Below the pieces are notes generated by a model, which was not told where the DNA came from, searched no databases, and saw only the letters and a list, made by a program, of their open reading frames with translations. A stretch of 64,000 nt of DNA from Lingula anatina (lineage: Eukaryota; Animalia; Brachiopoda). How positions within the stretch are numbered: position 1 is the stretch's first letter; every line of letters starts with the position of its first letter. Shown piece by piece: positions 63,270-64,000 of the stretch. Location of the stretch: assembly GCA_051362555.1 (NCBI GenBank), contig CM120641.1:40120401-40184400 (forward strand), read 5' to 3'. The position numbers and the translations under genes were made by a program.

Positions 63270-64000
63270 CTATACGCAAGGGTTCATAAAGAAACTGAAC
63301 TAATGCCTTCTCTGCAGCTGGGTTTTAAATACTTTCTGAGAGTCAGGCACACTTTGATTGGTCATGGTAAATTGAGGGGGAATAGTTCTTTGTATAAGAT
63401 TCATATTTCACAATAAATACACTGTAAATGAAAATATAATAAATTCTTTTTAAATGGCAAAAGGATCGTTATGATAATTAGCTTGAAATCTGTGCTTGCC
63501 ATCAGACCACATGACCTCCTCATTGATGGCTCTGTTATTAATGATAATCTGTTTAGAAATTGTTACAAAAAAAAAAAAAAACCTTTGATGTTGAGATGGA
63601 TTCATTAACTATTGGTGAGAATGTAAATTTTTTTTTTTCTTTTTTTCCAAAATGAACACTTGATAGAATGGATCTGTTCAATGAAAAAAGGTGGTTAAGA
63701 TACAAATATTTTATCATAGGACCTGATCTGATAGTGGTGATTAATTAATGAGGTGTTAACTCCACAAGCTCACAGAAGCCAAAAGGAATAGTAGCCAAAT
63801 CAATTTGCACTTAATTAAATAAAGAATGTAAGTCTGGCTTACCTGTCAGTGACATAACTACTCACTTGTCACATTTTTATCATTATCTCTACCAGCTAGC
63901 AGAGATCGTTAACTGGTTATTAATAACTGTAATGGTTCACTGGCAATCTGAAGTCCTGGTCTCAGCGTTAAAGAAACATCACTTTTCTTACCTGAAATTT

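Overview
AT-rich, intron-rich animal genomic DNA; the repeat types and protein styles suggest a lophotrochozoan, probably a mollusc (inference). Three genes can be read directly. (1) The first two coding exons of a T-type calcium channel (Cav3, CACNA1G/H/I family, minus strand), joined by a 13.9-kb U12-type AT-AC intron; the gene continues off the left edge. (2) A complete 15-exon SPATA20 (minus strand, 54696 to 19727, 780 aa by my splice model), 2.5 kb upstream of Cav3 in the same orientation as human SPATA20-CACNA1G; its last two introns are 12-13 kb while the others are 0.2-2.8 kb. (3) The first exon of C1D (plus strand), head-to-head with SPATA20 across 130 bp. The introns carry many non-autonomous DNA transposons: Helentron/HINE composites, TWA-TSD Harbinger-like MITEs, 5-bp-TSD hAT5-like MITEs, a TTAA Kolobok-like MITE, a MULE-like MITE and a decayed hAT zinc-finger fragment, several of them nested. 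The most unusual signal is a complete histone-type 3' processing cassette (stem-loop, ACCCA, HDE) with no histone ORF upstream. It lies antisense inside the C1D intron, on the same strand as an orphan PHD-finger exon. All calls were made by eye; no searches were run.
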